Source of the DNA: Sminthopsis crassicaudata
Lineage: Eukaryota
Reading direction: 5' to 3'
NCBI RefSeq assembly: GCF_048593235.1
Contig: NC_133617.1
Location: forward strand, 665,674,958 to 665,738,957
Length of the DNA stretch: 64,000 nucleotides
Position 1 is the first letter of the stretch; the number at the start of each line of letters is the position of its first letter. A program made the translations under genes and the position numbers. Shown here one piece after another: positions 10,756 to 24,320 of the stretch. The notes beneath the pieces were generated by a model, which was given only the letters and a program-made list of their open reading frames with translations, ran no database searches and had not been told where the DNA came from.

Positions 10756-13700
10756 AAAATCATGTGTTAATATTCAATACATCTGTCTTTGTCTCTGCTC
10801 CTTTTTCCAGGTTTGAAGGTCAACTTTAGAAATCCATACAAATGTATTCTAATTCGTAGCAGATTTAAAGCTGGTGAGGTCTTTAGGAATCCACTAGTAA
10901 AATCCTCTTTTTTTTTTCTTTACAGAAGAAAAGATTGACACTGAAAGAGGGAAACTATTTCCCTAAGATCCTAGAGCTAATAAGTAGCAAAGATAGAATT
11001 TGGATCCTACAAATTAGAACAAGAGCAGGCAGATGTGCGACAAGCATTTATTATAAGTTTCCTACAGGCCAAGCACTGTGACCAGTTCTGGGGATCCAAT
11101 TATAAGAAAAAGTGTCTGTCCTCAAGAAGCTTATATTTAAATTGGAGAAGCCAGGGTAGGGCAGGTGAAAGGATCAGAGGGAGCCATAGAATTGCAGTCT
11201 GCACAGTCAGAAGCATAATTGAGAGGAGAATAAATTGATTGACCTGTTCCACCCACCCCTCCCTACCCACACAAAACAGAGGAATTCACTCAGGGGAGAA
11301 GACCTGGATGGCAGAAGGAGAAGGCCCCAGGTCCTGAACATTGGTAGATGAAGCATGGCAGAATGAGACTGGCAGATGAGGCATGGTGCTAAAGTATAGT
11401 GAGGAGGATGGAAGAGGTAAATTCTTAAGAGCTTCAGCTTAGTAGAGTCTTACATGCCTGGGCTATATATTGACTTCCAAAACCTCAAATTAACATTATC
11501 CATGTTTTATTTTAAAATTTTAAAATTGTATTTAACATTTTCTCATCTCTGATCTATCTGATTCACCCAAGATGAGAGACAGACAGACAGACAAAAGCAG
11601 AGGGAGAAAGAGTGAAAGATAGAGAGAGAAAAGGAGAGAGTGTGAGAAGGAGGGAGAGATAAAAAGAAAGTAAATGTCAAGCAAGGATTCAAATCTAGGT
11701 CCTCTAATTTCAACACCTTGTGTGTGTAAATTGTGTATGTAAATAAGATTTAAAGATGGGAAGGATTTTGGAGAGAATTTAATTCTGATCTCTTCATTTA
11801 CTCCCTTTTCCCCACCCACCATTATTCTATAGAAAAGATGAAATGATTTGTCCAGAAGTCCCACAGCAAGAGAAGGTGCAATGTCTGGCTCTGGGAAGCT
11901 CCCAGTTTTGTTCAACTCAACAAGCATTTTTTAATTTCCAGTTTCTTTTATTAGGCATTGGGATATAAAGACAAAAAAATCGATCTCCCTCAGGGAGCTT
12001 ACACTCTAGGAGGAAAAAGCTTCAGGTAAATAGATAAGTAAATACAAAATGGATACAAAGTAAACACAAATTAATTGAGAATGGGGTGGGCCAAAGATTG
12101 GGAAATATTTTCATAGCAGGGGCATCTGAGCTGAACCTTGAAAAAAGTCAAGAAGTCCAGGAGGTAGAGGTGAGGAGGAAGAGAATTCTAGGCATGGGGG
12201 TGAGTCTAGAAGGTGGAGAAAGGAAATTAGCAGAAAGGTGAGGAAAAAGACTGGTTGTGAATAAATAGCTGAATGAGTAGACACGGCTTGGAGAGTCACT
12301 GGAATTGAAAGAATAAAGTTCATGTGAAGTCATTCTCACTCAAGGTTGCCCCCAGAGATTTGGTGGCAGAAGGGAAGTGACAAATAAATTATGGAGTCTC
12401 ATCATTTCGAGCTAGCAGACTCAGAGAAAGCCCTATCAGAGGACACAGCAACCAGCTGGAGCTTGAGAATTAGGTGGGATTTCAACAAGAGGAAAAGGCA
12501 TTATCAGGAGGGTATATAGGAATGTCACAAACAAAGTCTCAGAATTATGGAAGCTACAAGCAGTAGCTGAATTTGGCTCAAGCATATATTCTCAGAGGAG
12601 GAGGAGAAGGAAGGCATGTCAGAAACAGATGGTCAAGGGCCTTGAATGCCTTGTTAACAAATACCAAGAAGTACCTCTTGAACAAGCACATTAAATGGCC
12701 CAGTTGGTTCAGAATGGTGGATTAGCAGGGTGGTTCACAGTGCCAGTACTCTAGGGTTCAGAGAAGGCCTGACAGAAACGGCCTCCTAGGTGAACCAAAA
12801 GGGAGGTGATAGGATTAAGAAGGTTTAGGACCGGGCTAAGTACCAATAAGTCATGGCTAAGAGAGAATCAAATTTCTGCTATACATGAGGCCCAAATCTT
12901 GGAATCCAATCTTGATTTCCTCTTGGAAAGAAAATCACTGGAGATTTTTTTTCCTGTCCCACTCAGCTATTTGCTCCTTTTAGAATTAGAGACCAGCAAT
13001 TTATAAAACAGAATATAGGAGCTGAAAGTGCTATATCATAGCATGAGAAATGAGATTTGTTGAATGAATGAATGTTGTCCTGATCAATGCTCTTTCCACT
13101 GGAAAAATATAACAAGAAAAATAAATTGCAACCATCCCAAGAGACACCGGTAACTGTGTCTACCACTCTCTTGAGCTTCCCCTTTCTTTCCATTCTCTGG
13201 TTGTTCCTTAGGTTCTACTCCCCGTTTAGAAAGCAGCAGACTAACAGTCTGAATTTCCAGCCTCCTGTCTTGAAGCCAGCTGGCAAGGTCTTGGAAGAGG
13301 GCTTGGAAGTGTGGAGGGGGTAGAGGGAGAAAAGGAGTGGGGGAACAGATGAATGAAATGGCTATCTCCCAGTAGCCCCTGCACAGCCCAGGGTGGGATA
13401 AAGGACAGACAGAAGAGCTTGTGGGGGATCTCTCCCAATCTTCTTAGGCTCCCCATGTCTATAAGAAGAAAATTCTAGTCTATTCATAAACCTGACCTAA
13501 TTCTAGATCTCTCCTTAGGGCCCAAGAGGGACAAAGCAGGGAGAGATGGTTGGAGCCAACTGCATTCCCTTACCCTGCCTCTTGTTCCCCAGATGGAGGT
13601 GGGGATGGGGGGAGAGAAGTCAATGGAGGCACTTTTGGCATGGAGCCTGCTACCCTTTCCCCAGTGCTCACCCTAGTACCTAAGATCAGACCCTTCTAGA

Positions 13701-13979
13701 CTCCCTCCTTCCTATTTGATCTGGACCCCCTCTGCCTTCAAGAGTCATGAAAAGAGTCACAGATGAGCTCACTGAGGCACAGAAAAGTGATTTGACCAAG
13801 GTCTCACAGGTAGGGAATAGGAAAGTCAGGGTTCAAACAGATCCTGTGGCTGCAGTGTCCTTTCTGGGGGCACCACAGCCTGGCCCAGACAGAAGGTATC
13901 TGGTCAAGAGGGGAGGCTCAGGCTGGCCCCATCTAGGCCCGGAGTAAGTAGCAAGCAGGAGTCAGGGCAGACTCCAGTT

Positions 13980-14850
13980 GTCCATTTGCAAGCCAGTTGG
14001 CCTCATAGGGGCTAGGCCTTGGGGGAGGGGAAGCCGAGGAGAAAAAAAAAAAGAAGAAGAAATAATCTCTACCCCTCCTCAGTGGAGGGGCCTGATTTAA
14101 CAGTGTGTTTTCTCTAATGATTAACAAGGAGCCCTTTAATTTGAGAGCTCCCCACGGCGGGGGGACGGGGGTGGGGGGAGACTGCAGGGAGGGGGACAGG
14201 GGGGAGATAAATCGCCTGCAGAAGGGCAGAGGAGGAGAGCCCTGGGAGGGAGCGAACCAGCCAGCCAGGCCGAGAGAAGGGCCCTGGCGGGGATTAGGGC
14301 CGAGAAAGGGAGGGAGTATTTGTGCCGCTGCTAAATATGGTTTGGGGCTCTATTGAAAGGGTTAAGGGGACAAAGCCCCAGGGAAGGCCGGACAGGCTGG
14401 CCCCCGGCCCCTGGCGGGTGCGGGCACAATGCCATCATTATTGCCTACGCCCATTCTCTGGGCGGATTGGCCACCGGCGCGGGGATCATCAGATTCCTTT
14501 AAGGCCCCAGCGGGCAGCCCCGGCGCTTAAGAAAAGGGGAACAAAACCCCCGAGGCCCTGGCGAGCTGGGAGAAGGGCCCGGCCGGTCCCTCCAGGGCCA
14601 GGGCACTGGCCCCCTCTGGCCCCATTCACCGACAGCACAATGTGCCCTCCTCCCCCCAGCCGAGAGGGCCCCCAACACTCTCAATCTCAATCACACTATT
14701 ATCCCAGCTGGGGGCTCTGCCCCACCGGGCAAGAGGAGACTACCGGGAGGGGGGCACCGGGAAAAGGGGCAGACAATGGGATTCGGGGCAACCTCCCCTA
14801 CTCTTTCTGGTTGGAAGCATCCAATTCAGGCCCAGGGGCTGCCTCCTCCT
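13980..14850. promoter_or_regulatory. Orphan GC/CpG-rich non-repeat element (candidate enhancer or promoter)
   Basis: Local CpG enrichment; TAAT/ATTA cluster at 14094-14145; AGATAA; three ACAAT motifs (14426, 14637, 14773); GGGCGG directly followed by ATTGG (14460-14470). Confidence 0.55.
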
Positions 14851-16099
14851 AATCTCAGCTCCCAGCCAGGCACACATCCCACACACATATGCACACACAA
14901 CCATAAAACATGCATATGGGAACGTGTAGACAGAAACACAGGTAGGTACAAATATACCTCAACATGCATACCCGCCACTTATCTGGACACAAAAACACGT
15001 GGCACACACAAATACGGCATGCATTCCCGTACTTGAAATTATATAGACACACAAACACATACATGCACACGTCCAGGAAGCTGCACTGGGCACACGTATC
15101 CAGGAACATGTGCATGCACAGGGACCATGTTATTTGCCTTTCTTTGTATTGGTAGCAATGCACAATGAATGCTTCTGTGTTTGCTGACTGACTGACTGAC
15201 CTACATTTATGCCCATTCTTTCTCATTTACAAACAAGTCACCCCTCACATAGCCTTTGGGATACTGTCCCCAAGCTGGTAAGAGATAGAGGCCCAATTGA
15301 CAACTAAGATGGGATATTGGAGGGAGGGTTTGTGGGAAGTTAAGGGTATAATTGGGAAGTGCTTTCCTTCTGTGACTCTGGGTGACTGCCCAGAAGACTC
15401 AGTGGGCAGGCAAACAAACCTTGGAGAAATTTGAACAGCTTCCTTCCTAAGCCCTCTCACACTCCAGATTTCTGGAAGATGAAGGATTGCCAGAGAAGAC
15501 AGAGATGGGCTGTGTGAACATGTCATCTTCTCCTATGATTGCCCATATACAAATGCAGGCATGGGCATGAGTACACATACATATATAGGCACAAATATGG
15601 GCCCACTCTGTGGAATCACAGAATCTGAGAACTGAGAGCAGCCTTACTTCAACCTATATCTTATTAAAAACTTCTTCCATAGCATCCCAGAGGAGTGCTC
15701 ATCCAACCTCTATTTGAATACTTCCAATATGGGGAGACAATATATTCCATTTTAGGACAGTTTTTTTTGGGGGGGTTAATACTTTCTTTTTTCAATTAAA
15801 AAAAATCTGCTTCTCTAAAATTTCCTCCATAGTACTTTCCATTAACAGAATCTCCACATTTCAGAGTTAGAAAGCATATCAATGACTACCTAGTCCAGAC
15901 ACACACACAAAAGATTAAGATCTTGCTCTAGAACAAACCATACTAGAGTAAAAACCGGCACTTTATCTCCCATCCTAACCTTCTCTGTGCCCAGGCAACA
16001 TGCTAACAAGTGGTTCTCCAGCCCTGGGTTAAAGACTTTTGAGGGGAATAGCTCCCCTTCAGCCCATTAAATTTCTGGGCAGCTCTCACTGGCAGGAAG

Positions 16100-16365
16100 C
16101 CCTTCTTTCCTTCCTTCCATCCTTTCTTCCATTCCATTCAATTTCCTTCCTTCTGTCCTTTCTTTCTCTCTTCCTATCCCCTTCCTTTCTTTCATCATGC
16201 CTCTCCTTTTCTTCTTTCTTTCCATCCTTTTTTTTTCTCTCTCTCCCTACTTCCTAATTCTTTTCTCCTCTCCCTCCCTTCTTTCCTTCCTTCTTTGCTT
16301 CCTCCTTCCCTCCCTTCCTTTTTTTTCCTTCTTCCTTCCCTCCCTTCCTTCTTTCCTTCCCTCAA
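16100..16365. repeat. Polypyrimidine (CT/CCTT-rich) low-complexity tract
   Basis: Direct inspection: near-pure C/T sequence. Confidence 0.9.
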
Positions 16366-16763
16366 GTATAAAAATGACTTTGCAACTTTCACCATTACTT
16401 TCCATAGTCCTCTGGGACCATGGAGGACAAATCCAGCCCCTCAAGTACATGAAAAGAACCATCATGTCACCCCTTCAGCTTCTCTTCTCCAGGGTAAACT
16501 GAGCTTATTCTCATGTGACACAAAGTTTACAGTGTAGCTCTTATACTATGCCTGCTTTCCCTCCTTTGGATATTCTTCAACACAAACTCCAAACAGAACT
16601 CTAATTCTACAAATATGATATAGTATAACATATTATATATACTTACATATTATGTGTGTAATGTAGCAATATAATATAATAAACATAACAATATAATATG
16701 ACATAGTTTCAATGTAATATAATCATGTGGTTACAATAGCAAGCTTGTTTCTGCCGCTAACCT

Positions 16764-16765
<2 letters not shown>

Positions 16766-16805
<40 letters not shown>
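16766..16805. repeat. (AC)n microsatellite, ~20 units
   Basis: Direct inspection. Confidence 0.97.
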
Positions 16806-16808
<3 letters not shown>

Positions 16809-16849
16809 TACCCCTTGAATTTTGACTAAGGCATCCCACTGCAGAGCAC

Positions 16850-17630
16850 TATTTTGGTTAGCCAACTTTCAGTCTTGTGACCTCAGACTTGCCTCCAGTT
16901 CATTTTACTCTTGGCCATACTTTATAGAGACCATTTGTTTCATTGCTGGCCCCTTTGCTATATTGATCTCTTGTGTATTTCTAAGCATTTCAAAAGCTGC
17001 TTAAGTTCTTCCTAGCATTATTGCTATGCCCTGTGGTATTTAGCTTGATGGATATACTGAGATAGTTTTCTCTGTTCCTCTTCCTTATTATTTTAAAGCC
17101 CTTTTGATTAAACAAGCAAGCTGCAAGTAAATAACATTGTTAACAACTCTCATTAGGTGTACTCCATCTCCAGGCAAGAAATCCATCATTCCTACATTTT
17201 AAGCATGGGATAGAAATCATAGTCCCACCCACCATTTTCTTGAGCAGACCCAGTTCTCAGTTGTCATTTTTCCCTTCTGTAAAATGAAAACATAGGACCA
17301 CATACTTGAAACTCTCATATTCTCTTCCCCCAAATTGTCTTTTCTTCAGCTTGAACACAGTTCACCTAATTCTCATGAGGGATGGTCTTCAGAGCTTTCT
17401 CTAAACTCTTTTAGCCCTCCAGGTTGACAGTGGCCAGTCTAGAATGTGATATCCACAACTGAAGCCCAATACCTTGGATGTGATCTCGCTAAACCAGAGA
17501 ACAGGGGGAATATGTGTCACCTCCTGTGTACAAACTGCCTCTGTTAATGAAGTCTATAATTACATCAGCTCTTCTGACTGCCATATTGATGTTGAGTGTC
17601 AGCTCATGCATATGGAAAAAGTACTAACAG
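16850..17630 (-). mobile_element. CR1/L3 LINE fragment (degenerate)
   Basis: Segments such as 'ctgcctctgttaatgaagtctataattacatcagctcttctgactgccatattgatgttgagtgtcagctcat' resemble reverse-complement CR1/L3 RT-3' sequence. Confidence 0.55.
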
Positions 17631-18189
17631 TTAGGGATACACACATACATCACACATACACACACATGTGTACATATAGGTATATGCATGCATTCATGCA
17701 TATGCATAGATACAACATACAGCTATACATATATCTGCATGTGTACATTAGCTATATCTTTGTGTTCATGCATATGTATACAAAAATACACATGTAGGTA
17801 TACATGTACAAATAAGTACGTTTTCTTATCTAAACACAAATTTGCATTCATGTCTTCATGACAATAAGTATGTACAATGTTTGGAAGCACTTCACACACA
17901 GCATGGAATCTTTACCATGGATTAAAAGACTTTTGCATGTTGCTGGAGACCTTGAGTGACTTAGTGGAGTGGACAGAAGACACAGTGTTATCGAACAGAT
18001 CAGGGTAAGGCAGGCCTAAAAGAGAGTAACTTCCACAGAGCTGAGCTCTCTTCTGGACTTTCCCTAAAAGCCCCAAATTTACACCTCACCAGCTCCAAGC
18101 TTCCACGTTTTTGTCCCACAGATTTTTCAAACTCAGTGTGTCCAAAAGCAAAGTCAAGTCATAGAGAGGTCTTTAGAATGTAGGTTGTT

Positions 18190-18533
18190 CATAAAGAAAA
18201 ACCAACTCACTTCCAGTTGATCAATGATGGACAGAGGTAGCTACACCCAGAGAAGAAACACTGGGAAGTGAATGTAAATTGTTAGCACTAATATCTGTCT
18301 GCCCAGGTTGCACGTACCTTCGGATTCTAATGTTTATTGTGCAACAAGAAAATGATATTCACACACATGTATTGTACCTAGACTATATTGTAACACATGT
18401 AAAATGTATGGGATTGCCTGTCATCGGGGGGAGGGAATAGAGGAGGGGGGGATAATTTGGAAAAATGAATACAAGGGATAATATTATAAAAAATATATAT
18501 ATAATAAAAAATTATTAAGTAAAAAAAAAAAAA
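18190..18533 (+). mobile_element. 5'-truncated L1 3' end with poly-A and 15-bp TSD
   Basis: G-rich 3' UTR tract and poly-A; TSD agaatgtaggttgtt at 18175-18189 and 18534-18548; TTT/AGAA endonuclease-like site. Confidence 0.88.
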
Positions 18534-19856
18534 AGAATGTAGGTTGTTGGAGCTGGCAGAGGCCCTAGAGATTGTCTCCAATCAGACTCACAATCTTATA
18601 ACTCTGCTTTCATGTCATCTGCTTTTTCCTTGACTAATAATAATAAACATAATAGCTAATAAGCAATAATTATTAACTAATAATAGTTATTAGTGGTTAA
18701 AATAGGGTTTGTGTAGCACTTTAAGGTTTGCAAAGTTGACAAATGTTATTTCATTTATCTTCACAACAACCCTTGAAGGTAAATGCTATTATTATCCCCA
18801 TTATTTGGTGCTGTTATTCAGTTGTTTCAACATTTTGTGACCAAATTTGGGGTTTTCTTGGCAAAGGCACTGAAGTTGTTTGCCATTTCCTTCTCCAGCT
18901 TATTTTATAGATGAAGAAACAAAGGCAAATAGGGATAAGTGACTTGTTCAGAGTCATACAGCCAATAAATTTCTGAAGGCAGATTTTAATTCAGATCTTT
19001 CCGCCTCCAGTTCCAGGATAAAGTCTAAACTCTTTCATCTTGACCTTTAATGTCTTCACATTCTAGTCTACTTCTCATATTAAGCCTCATATTTCATCCC
19101 TATGTGTAATGGTAACAGCAATTCTCTAGCATGAGAAAGATTATAAAGTACTTTCCTCCCAACAATCCTGTGATGTAAGAAGGATATGGATTATTTTCCA
19201 AATGAAGAAACTGAGACTCGAACCAGGGAAATGCTTTGTCTAGAACCACACTGTTAGAAAACACCAAAGCTGGGGGAGGATTTTGGGAAGATGGAGGAAT
19301 AAGTTGGTAAATTTCAAGCTCTTCCAATTTCCCTTACAAACAGAAAAAAAAAAAAAATGCACCTTAGGGCAAACATAGACTGTTGAAAAATCAAGAAGAC
19401 TTGGGAGCAGAACAGGAGTACTCCCGATACAATCCTGGAAGATCCAAAGAAAGACCCAGGACCTCGGATTAACTCAGATACCTCCAGGCTAGAAACAACA
19501 AGTTGGGAGCCCCAGGATGAGCTGGAGCCTCACAGAACCACAGAAACGTTTACCTCCTGGATTGTTTGTGGAGACCAAGTCTGAGTCCTGGAAGACTGAA
19601 GGAACCTTGGCAGATTAGGAATGTCAGACCCAGATGTGCTGCAGGGATGCCGCTCTGATGAGTAAAAAATCAGCACATCGGCAGTGCAGAGTGGTGGGGC
19701 AGAGATGCTGCTGTTTCCAGCACTTGCTGGAGGGTGAAGCTCTTGGTTTGAGGTTCCTGGTCAGAAGGAAGAGCTGAAGGGAAGGCAGGGGCACCTTCCC
19801 CTACCCCACCCCAAGGTTAGAGGTACTTAAACTAAAACCTCGTATTTAAAAAAAAA

Positions 19857-21410
19857 ATGAACCAGAAAAGAAGAAAGAAACCCCTCATAGAAAGCAACTA
19901 TGGGAACAGGGAAGATGGGGTTCACCTTCAGAGGAGGACACTGAAGTTAAAAAAAAAGGTTTTACCCCAAAGAATACTATGAAATGACACCTTGCACAGA
20001 GAGAATTTCTAGAAAAACTCAAAAAAGAATTTAAAATTCAAATAAGACATTGAGGAAAATATTTTTTATTATTAGTTTTATAATTATAATTTTTTTGACA
20101 GTACATATGCATGGGTAATTTTTTTTACAACATTATCCCTTGTATTCACTTTTCCAAAATTTCCCCTCCCTCCCTCTACTCCCTCCCCTAGACGCCAGGC
20201 AATCCCATACATATTAAATGTGTTACAGTATGTCCTAGATATAATATATGTGTATAAAACCAAATTTCTTGTTGCACAATAAGAATTGGATTCCGAAGGT
20301 ATAAGTAACCTGGGTAGAAAGACAATAGTGCAAACATTTTACACTCAATTCCCAGTGTTCCTTCTCTGGGTGTAGCTGTTTCTGTCCATCATTGATCAAC
20401 TGGAACTGAATTAGATCTTCTTTATGTTAAAGATATCCACTTCAATCAGAATACATCCTCATACAGTATTGTTGTTGAAGTGTATAATGATCTCCTGGTC
20501 CTGCTCATTTCACTCAGTATCAGTTGAATGTAAGTCTCTCCAAGCCTCTTTGTATTCATCCTGCTGGTCATTTCTTACAGAGCAATAATATTCCATAACA
20601 TTCATATACCATAATTTACCCAACCATTCTCCAATTGAGGGGCATCCATTCATTTGAGGAAAATATTTTTAAATAAAAATAAAAACCTCCAAGAAAAATA
20701 AGATTATGAAAAAAAATTAACCAACTAGAAAAAGGAGATACAGAATCTCAAAGATGAAAATAATCTTTGAAAATTAGAATCGGGCAAGGGGAAGCTAGGG
20801 ATGCTATGAAAGACCAAGAAATAATAAAATATATTTTAAAGAATGAAAAAATAGAATATGAAACATCTTATAAGAAAAATGACAGATGTAGAGAACCAAT
20901 CAAGAAAAAAATATATATATAAGAATAATTGGAGTACTTGAAAGTTGTGGCCAAAAAAAGGACATTGATACAATAATGCAAGAAGTAATCCAAGAAAATT
21001 GTCCTGGAGTGATAAAATATGAGGAAAAAAGTAGAAATAGAAAAAATCCACTGATCACCACCTCAAAAAGATCCTTTGTGGAAAACAGATAGGAACATTA
21101 TTGCCAAATTTCAAAACTCCCAGATAAAAAAGAAAAAACTTTGCAAAAAAAAAACCCAATTCAAATATTCTGGAGCTTCGATTAGAATTGTACAGGATTT
21201 ATCAGCAGCCACAATAAAAGATGGCAGGTCCTAGAATCATATCTACCAATTATTAAAAGAACTAGGCCTAGGACCAAAAATATCATATCCAGCAAAATTA
21301 TCTACAATATTCAATGAGAAAAATGGATATTCAGTAAATTTTCAGATTTTCAGAACTTTCTATCAACCAAACCCAACTTAATAGAAAAGTTAACATATAA
21401 GAGCCAATAT
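19857..21410 (+). pseudogene. Disrupted L1-type ORF1p (coiled coil, RRM, CTD), interrupted by a nested L1
   Basis: Manual translation gives MNQKRRKKPLIE..., QREFLEKLKKEFK, DVENQSRK..IRIIGVLES, RNIIAKFQNSQIK and IRIVQDLSAATIK...LGPKISYPAKLS, with stops and frameshifts. Confidence 0.8.
20067..20653 (-). mobile_element. Nested 5'-truncated L1 3' end inside the HAL1-like ORF1
   Basis: Reverse-oriented L1 3' UTR/ORF2 end, homologous to 18190-18533; TSD ttgaggaaaatattttt at 20050-20066 and 20654-20670. Confidence 0.88.
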
Positions 21411-22744
21411 CAAAGATAAATTTCAAGTTACTCAATATGGCCAAAATTTTTATGTTTTTTTTGACATGGTAAATATATGTTTAAATTGACATCAAAAATA
21501 GTGCAGCTCAAAAGAAAGATTGGTGCAGAGTTAAGGTAAAGATAATTATGTTAAACAAATGAGGTGCAGAGGAAGAATAGACATGGAGGCATTGAGGGGA
21601 GGAGGGCTTATAGTTCTGAAAACCTCACATAAGGGAATGGGTTAAATAAGCAATAACACATATATAATATGAAGGGTATAGCACCCTTCAAAATCTATAA
21701 AGAAATAAGAGGGGAGGAATGAGTGGACAGGAAACAAAAGTGAGGGAAGAAGTGGGGGGATCCATGTGTGGAGGAGGTTAAATAATAGCAAAGTAAATTA
21801 GGAGCAAAATTTAAGTAAAGGGTCAGCAGGAATAGGAAAAATGTGTGTGTATCTACATATGTGTATAAAAATATATCCTTTCTTAACTATGATTTGCTTA
21901 GGGAGATGAAAGGGAGAAAAAAAGAATAAAGTAAAAAAGATGCACAGCAGAGAATGAAAGAACAATTTACAAGGAAGTAGAGAAAAGATGGACACTCATG
22001 AATATCATTTCTTCTACTGGTATATATACTTTCTTGATCTGGTAATTTGTTGTTACATATTTTGAATCCTCCCTGATGTTCTGTTGGGTACATTATAATG
22101 TTTTCTTTTGTTTTGTTTCATTTTGTTTTATATTCCTTTTTATGTTTTTTTTCTTATTCTGTTACTTTAAATTAAAAAAATAATATTGACAAAAAAGAAA
22201 ACACCAAAGCTGAAATTCAAATTAAGATCTCTAGAATCCAAATCCAAATTTACTTTTTTCTAAAATAAAATAAAATAAAAAGTTTTCTTTATTTATGCTC
22301 TTTTTCATTATTTTTCCAATGGCTCCCCCATCTCTTCCCCTGCCACCACTGATAGAACTGTTCCTAGTAACAAAGAAGCAGTCAGACAAATTTCTAAGTC
22401 TAATAAATGTGTGCCTTCATAAATTACTAAATTCCAGCCAACCGGTAGAACTGACAAGAGTATTAGCCTTGGAATAAGGAGGCCCTGAATTCAAATCCTG
22501 TCTCAAATACTTCCAAAGTCACTTGACCTCAATTTCCTCATCTTTCAAACAATAGGTATAACGTATGTGTGTGTGTTCTATCCTCACAATAGCCCTGTTA
22601 TGAAAGTATTAAATGTGCCATCTATATTCAGAAGAAGGAGGCAAGCTTCACACCCTAGTTCACTTTTGCCATCCTCTGAATTCAGAAGTGGTCACAGCAC
22701 TTGCTGATTAGTCTTTCAACATCTAATGTCTTTTAAGATTGGTT

Positions 22745-22775
<31 letters not shown>

Positions 22776-24209
22776 AAATATATATATTGTTGTGGTCATC
22801 ATGTAAATAGTTCTCCTGGTTTTGCTCAGCTAATTCATCATCCATTCATATAAGGCTTCCCTGGTTTCCCAAAACTCTTCATATGTGTATTTTTTCATGA
22901 CATAATAAAAGTCCATCATGTTCATACACTATAGTTGGCTCAGCCTGTCCTTTATCAGTGGGCTTCCTCTTTGTTTCTATTTTCTTCTTTCCACAGAGAA
23001 GTTCTGCTGTCATTATTTTTCAGCCTGCTTCTTTGCCTACTTCCATACTCCTCCCAAAAAATAAAGAACCAAAGTTAAAACCTTTAATTCCAGATTTATA
23101 AACATTAATATTTATAATTTAAATAAATAGATCTATAAACCTCCTGGATGGAGGGTTGTTCCAAAGGAAGAATTTGGTGTCAAAGGAAGAGATAGAAAAG
23201 GTCAAATAAAAGGAACCTCCAAACAATCTCTTCCTACCAATCAAGAAAAATGGATTTGGAGTCCAAATCTGTCACTGTTAGTTACTTCTCCCTCTGGGCC
23301 TGGATATACCTCTCTGTTCTTAGCCTGGGGTCTATGAGCTTTCAAAATGAAAAGATTTCAGGAGGTCTGTTATTTTGAATAAGAAAAATAATTGCATCTT
23401 TCTTTTCATTTCTTAAAATTTAATTAACTTAATTTTTTACATTACTTTATGAATCACATTGGGAGAGAAAAATCAGAAAAAGAGGGAAAAACCATAGGAG
23501 AGGGAAAAAAAAGAAAAAAGAAGTAAAAATAGCTTGTGCTAATTTACATTCAGTTCCCATATTTCTCTTTCTGAATGCAGGTGGTGTTTTCTTTCCAAAG
23601 TTTATTGGGATTACCTTGGATCACTGAACCACTGAGAAGAACCAAGTCTTTTATAGTTGTACATCTTTATTTTCGCAAAATTCTAGGTGGTACAATAAAT
23701 GAATAGCATTGGATTTGCTGTCAGGATGATCGGAGTTCATATCTATCCTCAAAAATTCTTATTAGCTATGTGATCTTAGACAAGTCACTTAACCTCATTC
23801 TGCCTCAGTCTCCTCATTTGTAAAATGTGGATAATAATGGTACCCATTTCTTGGGACTGTCAGGAAGATAAAATGCTACAAATGCATGACAGATTGAGTG
23901 AAGAGAATGGCCAACAATCTGGAAGATGGAGTGCAATTAGGAAGACACAGAGTAAGGTGAAGCAAGACTGGAAAATATTCAGTGTGTGTCAGGATATGGA
24001 GGACTTAAAACAACGAACTCAAAGAGTTTGTATTTTATTCTAGAGGCAAAGGGAAGTAAGTTCTTGATGTTGTTGTCATTATTGATATTTTTATGGGAGA
24101 GTGAAGTTTGAAGCCCTGTGCTTTAGAGATCCTTGTGTGGGCAGGAACTAGATTGGGAGATACACAAAGCAAGGAAACTAGGAGATTATTGAAATCGTCC
24201 AAGTGAAAA

Positions 24210-24320
24210 GAGCCAGGATTCTTTAACTTTTTGCATGTGTCAAGGACCTCTCAGGAAGTCTGGTGAAACCTAAGGATCTCTTCTCAGAATGATTTTTTAA
24301 TAAAATTTTGTTTTTAAATT
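24210..24320. mobile_element. hAT-Charlie-like DNA transposon fragment
   Basis: 'caggattctttaactttttgcatgtgtcaaggacctctcaggaagtctggtgaaacctaaggatctcttctcagaatg' resembles Charlie-type terminal sequence; only one end seen. Confidence 0.45.

Larger units (their letters stand above)
19273..22195 (+). mobile_element. Full-length ORF1-only L1-clade element (HAL1-like) with 17-bp TSD
   Basis: TSD agaaaacaccaaagctg at 19256-19272 and 22196-22212; ~580-nt 5' leader, disrupted ORF1, ~0.8-kb 3' region ending in a T-rich/A-rich tail; no ORF2 sequence recognisable. Confidence 0.8.

Noticed and set aside
14322-14852. 176-aa Pro/Arg/Gly-rich ORF
   Set aside because: Stop-poor GC-rich sequence with a non-ATG start and no domain; better explained as regulatory DNA.
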